From: Burkholderiales bacterium
GTDB taxonomy: Bacteria; Patescibacteriota; Minisyncoccia; Phycocordibacterales; UBA9973
Assembly: GCA_023701005.1 (NCBI GenBank)
Contig: JAMPXW010000001.1
Coordinates: forward strand, 35,769-99,768
DNA length: 64,000 bases
Reading direction: 5' to 3'
Under the pieces are notes generated by a model. The model did not search any database. It saw only the letters and a list, made by a program, of their open reading frames with translations, and was not told where the DNA came from. Within the stretch, counting starts at the first letter, position 1. Each line of letters begins with the position of its first letter. A program made the translations under genes and the position numbers. This document shows, in pieces, positions 58,888-64,000 of the stretch.

Positions 58888-59316
58888 ATGCCAAAAGTAT
58901 TTACATCAGGTACCCAAAAAATTGGAGAACTTGGGGAAAATATAGCAACAAAGTTTCTTATGAAACATGGTTTTTCTATACTGGATCGCAATTACACCCA
59001 AAAATGGGGTGAAATAGATATCGTAGCCCAAAAAGAAGAAAAACTATATTTTATAGAAGTAAAAAGTGTTACACGGGAAACATTAAACACCTTTATCTCC
59101 AAATCTTTTGATGCTTCTGATGACCGATATGAATATAGGCCAGAAGATAATATGCATCCATGGAAACTCAAACGTCTCTCAAGAACAATACAGACATATC
59201 TACTGGATAGAAACATTGATGAAAATATGGAATGGCAATTAGATCTATTCGTGGTCTATCTATGCCCAAAAGAAAAGAAAGCTAAAATAAAAGTGGTAAG
59301 TGATATTATTTTATGA
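58888..59316 (+). CDS. yraN: YraN (UPF0102) nuclease
   Basis: GELGENIA, RNY..KWGEIDIVA, FIEVK. Confidence 0.88.
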   Translation: MPKVFTSGTQKIGELGENIATKFLMKHGFSILDRNYTQKWGEIDIVAQKEEKLYFIEVKSVTRETLNTFISKSFDASDDRYEYRPEDNMHPWKLKRLSRTIQTYLLDRNIDENMEWQLDLFVVYLCPKEKKAKIKVVSDIIL

Positions 59317-59332
59317 TATACTCATTCAGATT

Positions 59333-59403
59333 CGGGCTGTAGTATACCGGTAGTACAAGCGCTTTGGGAGCGTTTAGACTGGGTTCGATTCCCAGCAGCC
59401 CGA
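59333..59403 (+). tRNA. tRNA-Pro(TGG)
   Basis: CGGGCTG...TTTGGGA loop...CAGCCCGA. Confidence 0.95.
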
Positions 59404-59448
59404 CAAGTTAGAGCCAAGGCGGGCTTGCCCGCCATAGCTTTAGCGGAG

Positions 59449-59519
59449 GCGGGATTAGTTTAATGGTAAAATAACAGTTTTCCAAACTGTGGTTGGGAGT
59501 TCGATTCTCCCATCCCGCA
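59449..59519 (+). tRNA. tRNA-Gly(TCC)
   Basis: GCGGGAT...TTTCCAA loop...ATCCCGCA. Confidence 0.95.
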
Positions 59520-59537
59520 CAAAATATGAAATTCTAC

Positions 59538-59566
59538 TTGCAAGTAATTTGCATCTATGTTAAGCT
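59538..59566 (+). promoter_or_regulatory. promoter of fur-ZIP operon with overlapping TGCAA-N5-TTGCA palindrome (candidate operator)
   Basis: TTGCAA-17 nt-TAAGCT; ATG 6 nt after the -10 box. Confidence 0.5.
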
Positions 59567-59572
59567 ATTTTT

Positions 59573-59989
59573 ATGCAAGGAATAAAAGAACTACTAAACA
59601 AAAAAGGGCACAAAGCCACACCAGCTCGTTTGGCTATAATAAATATATTTAAAAACAACAAAAAACCAATCAGTGCTGAAGAAGTTTATAAAAATTTAAA
59701 AACAAAATTAAAAAATATAAACGTTACAACTATTTACAGGAATCTATCTTCTTTATCGAGTGAAGGGATTCTAAGAAAAGTTGATCTTAAAAAAGATTTT
59801 GACTTATTTGAATTAAACGAAGATCATCATCATCATATTGTTTGTACTGATTGCAATAAAATAGAAAGTTTTAAAAATAAAGAAGTAGAAAATTTATTAA
59901 ACACAATAATTAAAAAGTCGAACAATTTTAAACAAATAAAAGAACATTCCTTCGAAATTTTTGGCCTATGTAAGGCATGTTCTAAATAA
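59573..59989 (+). CDS. Fur/Zur family metal-sensing regulator
   Basis: TPAR, TIYRNL, HHHHIVCTDC, GLCKAC. Confidence 0.92.
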   Translation: MQGIKELLNKKGHKATPARLAIINIFKNNKKPISAEEVYKNLKTKLKNINVTTIYRNLSSLSSEGILRKVDLKKDFDLFELNEDHHHHIVCTDCNKIESFKNKEVENLLNTIIKKSNNFKQIKEHSFEIFGLCKACSK

Positions 59990-59993
59990 AATC

Positions 59994-60743
59994 ATGATCA
60001 CAACCTATTTTTATGCATTCATAAGTGTCTTTATAGTGAGTCTAGTTTCCCTAATTGGAGTTTTTGCAATTTCTTTTAAAGAAGAAACTATTAAAAAATA
60101 TATTGATCTATTTATCAGTCTCGCTGTCGGAGCACTTTTAGGAGATGCCTTCATACATATAATTCCTGAAACTCTAGAAAATTTTGAAAACACCACAATG
60201 GCTAGTCTTTTAATTATTTTCGGTATTTTAATATTTTTTACTATAGAAAAATTTTTCCACTGGCATCATCACGGAGAAGACAAAGAAGAAACCCACATAC
60301 ATCCAGTAGGGAAACTAGTACTCGTCACAGATGGATTTCATAATTTTGTAGATGGGATAATCATTGGCGTAAGTTTCATGGTCAGTATACCTTTAGGCAT
60401 AGCCACATCGATAGCTGTCGTCTTGCATGAAATTCCACAAGAGATAGGGGATTATGCAGTACTCATTCATTCAGGATATGAGAAAACAAAAGCATTGTGG
60501 TTAAATTTTATATCAGCATTGTTTGCAATATTTGGACTCGTAGTAGCTTTCATCTTTGGAAACATCGCTGAGAAATCTATTCTCTGGGTTTTGCCCATAG
60601 CTGCAGGAGGTTTCATCTATATTGCTGTCGCAGACTTGATACCAGAACTTCAAAAAACAAAGAATCTAAAATATTCTATCCTACAAATTCTCTCCGTCGT
60701 TCTCGGAATATTGGCAATGGTGTCTCTGCTATCTTTAGAATAA
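59994..60743 (+). CDS. ZIP family metal transporter
   Basis: HWHHH loop, HNFVDG, LHEIPQE, AGGFIYIA. Confidence 0.93.
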   Translation: MITTYFYAFISVFIVSLVSLIGVFAISFKEETIKKYIDLFISLAVGALLGDAFIHIIPETLENFENTTMASLLIIFGILIFFTIEKFFHWHHHGEDKEETHIHPVGKLVLVTDGFHNFVDGIIIGVSFMVSIPLGIATSIAVVLHEIPQEIGDYAVLIHSGYEKTKALWLNFISALFAIFGLVVAFIFGNIAEKSILWVLPIAAGGFIYIAVADLIPELQKTKNLKYSILQILSVVLGILAMVSLLSLE

Positions 60744-60755
60744 TTTATTTTACCT

Positions 60756-60785
60756 AAAAGCCCCCGACTAATGTCGGGGGCTTTT
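60756..60785. terminator. bidirectional terminator
   Basis: AAAAGCCCCCGAC-TAAT-GTCGGGGGCTTTT. Confidence 0.85.
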
Positions 60786-60817
60786 TTGTTTTTTAAATCT
60801 TTTTTTATTTCAAATTT

Positions 60818-61948
60818 TTATCTTGCCCAAGAACCATTAGAACCTGGATTCTTAGCACCATATACTTCAAAGTGTAAATGTGCACCATTGCCTCCTTTGG
60901 CTGCTCTCACTCTTCCACTATTGCCGACATACCCAATAATTTCTCCCTGAGAAACTGTTTGTCCTGTCGTACTAGCTAATTTAAATAAATGACTATATAA
61001 AGTTTTTGTTCCATTTGGATGTTGAATAATGACCATATTTCCATAAGCACCATTCCAACCCATACGAGCTAGTAATATTGTACCTCCAGCTGCGGCATAT
61101 ATAGGAGTACCGATAGGAGCTGCCAAATCTACAGCATTTTTACCATGTAAGCCTTGAGTTTTTATTGCTCCTGGGACAGGATTAATATAATATCCGGCAA
61201 TATTTTTAACTGGAGTCTTTGGATAATAATTCTTAGTCTTAGTACCAGTATTTACTGGACCATCCACAGATATTTCACCGTCAGGAATAATGAGTTCATC
61301 GCCAACCGCTAATTTTGCATTCACAGTCAAATCATTAAAATCAACTATATCTAAAACATCCACTTTATATTTTTGAGCAATGCTCTTCAATGTCTGACCT
61401 TTGGTCACGACATGCTTAACCCCAGATACAGGCAAAATTATTAAAACTTCGCCTTCTTTCAAAGGAGCACCTTTCTTCATATCGTTTGCCCAAAGAATAG
61501 TATTTACAGAAACATCAAACATTTTAGCTATTTGAGAGATAGAATCGCCTTTTCTTATCACGTATACACTAACTTGATCAAAAGAGGAATCTCTATCTTC
61601 TGTTCCATCAGATACACCCAATGGACCAGTCACAGGAAGGAGGGCATTGTCAGATACTATATTTACATCAACATTTTCCTTTATCTCTCCTTCCTTTGCC
61701 TTATCTTCGTCATCCTTAGAAATCGGCAAAGAAGACATATCTGCCTCTAAAAGACTCATATTTTGTGAGTTTTTAACAGTTTGTGTTGAATTTAAAGGGT
61801 TTATCACAACAGCTGAAGCTTCTGTGCCTAAAATAGACGAAAATAGGCCTGCATTTGCACTCAAAGGAGCAAAAAATATAGATAAAATAAGCCCTAATGA
61901 TAGGAAACTAGCCAGAATAGAACTGGATATTTTAGTTAAATTTCTCAT
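60818..61948 (-). CDS. LysM x2 + M23 peptidase
   Basis: Two LysM repeats; HGKNAVD, YSHL, HLHFEV. Confidence 0.92.
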   Translation of the reverse strand: MRNLTKISSSILASFLSLGLILSIFFAPLSANAGLFSSILGTEASAVVINPLNSTQTVKNSQNMSLLEADMSSLPISKDDEDKAKEGEIKENVDVNIVSDNALLPVTGPLGVSDGTEDRDSSFDQVSVYVIRKGDSISQIAKMFDVSVNTILWANDMKKGAPLKEGEVLIILPVSGVKHVVTKGQTLKSIAQKYKVDVLDIVDFNDLTVNAKLAVGDELIIPDGEISVDGPVNTGTKTKNYYPKTPVKNIAGYYINPVPGAIKTQGLHGKNAVDLAAPIGTPIYAAAGGTILLARMGWNGAYGNMVIIQHPNGTKTLYSHLFKLASTTGQTVSQGEIIGYVGNSGRVRAAKGGNGAHLHFEVYGAKNPGSNGSWAR

Positions 61949-62047
61949 GATAGTACCATCGTCTCTGAATTCCTGTCATTTATCTGCGTTTGCCACCTTG
62001 AAAGGTACATATATAGGGTAGCAAATAAGGGGCTTAAGTCAACCGTA

Positions 62048-62080
62048 CTGTGGATAACTGGGCAAGGGCCGCCCTTCAAC
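62048..62080. repeat. DnaA-box + palindrome composite repeat, copy 3
   Basis: CTGTGGATAACTGGGCAAGGGCCGCCCTTCAAC. Confidence 0.8.
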
Positions 62081-62107
62081 TTTTTTATTTCGTGTATAAT
62101 AAAAAAT

Positions 62108-62329
62108 ATGGAAGGAAGAGAAATATTAAAAAAATTTAATGAAGAAATAGATCCAGAGACAGAAGAAAGGCCTGTTTTTAATTATACGGCAAACAATGGT
62201 GAAAAATTAGAATGCCATCTTGTTAATGGAAAATGGAGGTACAAAGGTGCTCTTGGGATACTTCATCCCATAGCAGAAGAAAAACAAGAGCTCTTAAACA
62301 GGGAATACGAAAAATCTAAAAACTCTTAA
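62108..62329 (+). CDS. small hypothetical protein
   Basis: TATAAT 7 nt before ATG; terminator hairpin after the stop. Confidence 0.55.
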   Translation: MEGREILKKFNEEIDPETEERPVFNYTANNGEKLECHLVNGKWRYKGALGILHPIAEEKQELLNREYEKSKNS

Positions 62330-62385
62330 AAGCTCTACCCACAGTGGAGCTTTTTTAAAATTTTACTAAGGGGTATAATAAACTT

Positions 62386-63969
62386 ATGCTAAAATTTGAA
62401 TTCAAAAATCCCTTTAAGAAAAAAGAAGTAATTGAAAGCCGCCCTTTAACTTTAGATGAAATACTAAAGAAACTAGATGAAGTTGAAAAAGAACTAGACA
62501 GTAATCCAAAAAGAAGCAGGAGGTTAGAGCTTGAAAATAAAAAAAGTCTTTTAGAAACTGAAGAAAGAAACGCACGAGAAAGAGAAAGAGGAACACAAAC
62601 AAACTATAATAATTTCAATCAAAAAAATTCAATCATTCCAAAAAATAAAATTGAAAACCAGAAACCAGAAATAGTACCGGAAAAAGAAATTATAATTCCA
62701 AAAGAAACTATAACTCCTCCTGTAGAACCCACAGAGCAAAAAGTAACCTTAAAAATGATTCAGGATGCTGAAAGAAAACAGCAACAAGAAATCGACGAAT
62801 TAAAAAAACACGCAGAATTTTATTTAAAAAATAAAGAAACAAAAATTCCCAAACAGGAAGAGGTTTTAGAATCCAAAAAAGAAAAAGAAATCAAATTTGA
62901 TGAAGAAGCAGATAAAATAATTTCAAATGTTTTAGACGAAGAATTTAAAAAAGGGAACATTCCTGAAGAAAATAATAACTTTCAAAAAGAACGAGAATTG
63001 ATAGAAAGTTTAGAGGAAATAGATAATGCCTTGCAATCAATGGAAAAACACCCCGAAGCGGAAGGAACTCAAACAACCAAGCAAGGATTAAGTTTTGAAA
63101 CAATAGAAAAAACAAGAAAGGCTTTTGAAAAAAATGAGCGAGAAAATTTTGCAATGGCAAAAAAAATGGGAGAGCTCTACCAAGAAATTCAAAAAAACAA
63201 AAACGCTGAAAGAGAACCCATAAAAGAAAACGAAGAACCTAAAATCATTAAAGATAAAATAATTTCAGAGAACCCAAAAATAGAAAAAGAAACAACGGAG
63301 GAAAAAATCAACATACCAGAAGAACATAATAAATATATTCCACAAGAAACAAAAGAAGAGGAATCAAATCCTGAAAAAACTGAAAGGGAACAAAAGATAG
63401 AGGAAATAAAAAAAATAATAGAAGAAGGACAATCTGTAATACAAAAAAATAAAGAAGTGCTAGAAAAAGAAAAAGAAAATAGAGAAGGAATTTTAAAAAA
63501 ATTAAAAGAAATAAGAGAAAAAAAAGAAAAAACAACTCCGTTTAATAAAGAACTTGGAAACAAAGCTGAAACAGAATCTTTTAATGCAAAATTCATCGAA
63601 AATAAAGTACGTGAACTTTTAAAATCACAGGAAGGTATAAAAAAAATAAATAGCCTAAAAATTGAAGGATCCGGAGATTCAATCCAATTAAGTTTAGACT
63701 TCGAGGCTGAAGGCAAAAAATTCGGAGTAGCAATAAAAATAAAAGGAATTATAAACACCACAATCTTTAATAAAGATAATACTATTGTAATTAAAAAACC
63801 TGAGGTAAAGGCAAACACGACAGATACTATATTAATAAATAAAACATTAACTCCAAAGCTTGATGAGGCAATAAAAGAAATAATAAAATTTATAGAAAAA
63901 GAAAAAGATAAAAAAGTCGAAAAAATTTGGATTGAAAATGGAGAATTAAAAGCTTTATATAAACAATAA
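62386..63969 (+). CDS. Glu/Lys-rich low-complexity hypothetical protein
   Basis: 527-aa ORF with a compact C-terminal beta domain. Confidence 0.65.
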   Translation: MLKFEFKNPFKKKEVIESRPLTLDEILKKLDEVEKELDSNPKRSRRLELENKKSLLETEERNARERERGTQTNYNNFNQKNSIIPKNKIENQKPEIVPEKEIIIPKETITPPVEPTEQKVTLKMIQDAERKQQQEIDELKKHAEFYLKNKETKIPKQEEVLESKKEKEIKFDEEADKIISNVLDEEFKKGNIPEENNNFQKERELIESLEEIDNALQSMEKHPEAEGTQTTKQGLSFETIEKTRKAFEKNERENFAMAKKMGELYQEIQKNKNAEREPIKENEEPKIIKDKIISENPKIEKETTEEKINIPEEHNKYIPQETKEEESNPEKTEREQKIEEIKKIIEEGQSVIQKNKEVLEKEKENREGILKKLKEIREKKEKTTPFNKELGNKAETESFNAKFIENKVRELLKSQEGIKKINSLKIEGSGDSIQLSLDFEAEGKKFGVAIKIKGIINTTIFNKDNTIVIKKPEVKANTTDTILINKTLTPKLDEAIKEIIKFIEKEKDKKVEKIWIENGELKALYKQ

Positions 63970-64000
63970 TTTTATGGCAGAAATAATAAGTCAGGAAGAA

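Larger units (their letters stand above)
57633..59082. promoter_or_regulatory. cluster of six parS-like 16-bp palindromes
   Basis: Sites at 57633, 57945, 58194, 58773, 58952, 59067; 1-4 mismatches to TGTTNCACGTGAAACA. Confidence 0.7.

Noticed and set aside
490-63818. Numerous 60-210 aa ORFs antisense to or overlapping long genes (e.g. 3022-3423, 34345-34809, 63189-63818)
   Set aside because: Shadow ORFs of well-supported genes, with Phe/Ser/Ile-biased composition and no motifs.
1-64000. CRISPR array or cas genes
   Set aside because: No regularly spaced direct repeats and no Cas motifs seen; the repeats are dispersed palindromes.
1-64000. Alternative genetic code (UGA=Gly, as in Gracilibacteria/Absconditabacteria)
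   Set aside because: Conserved genes are full length under code 11, and TGA ends genes such as the rSAM and yraN.
63974-64000. Start of a further ORF (MAEIISQEE)
   Set aside because: Only 9 codons are visible at the window edge; cannot be called.

Overview
This is a low-GC, gene-dense chromosomal segment using standard code 11. It most resembles a Patescibacteria/CPR (Parcubacteria, Nomurabacteria-like) genome; the taxon is an inference from gene content. The core backbone includes dut, tmk, glyA, split comEC, rnhA, recJ, pgk, tpiA, a type IV pilus/competence operon, nusA, H+-PPase, tig, clpP, rny, HU, lexA, comM, pnp, rpsO, a Xer recombinase, xth, murI, a CCA enzyme, four CCA-less tRNAs, yraN, fur-ZIP and a LysM/M23 peptidase. 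The best candidate for a new system is a minimal RiPP locus: a radical SAM/SPASM maturase (24245-25414) followed by an unannotated 24-aa Cys-rich peptide, MKKVSIARIKPVINNSASCCTSCK (24134-24208), with a perfect Shine-Dalgarno and its own terminator. Other signals: (1) GC-rich palindromes inserted in-frame in about 11 genes, most of them conserved housekeeping genes, with a REP-associated tyrosine transposase in the window; (2) an FCB-type T9SS-sorted protein in an apparently T9SS-less lineage; (3) apparently leaderless core genes versus SD-led orphan genes; (4) two tandem expression cassettes with constant promoter/terminator and unrelated payloads; (5) a cluster of six parS-like sites; (6) a LexA box and a candidate 6S-like RNA. 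All product calls come from motifs read by eye; no database searches were run.
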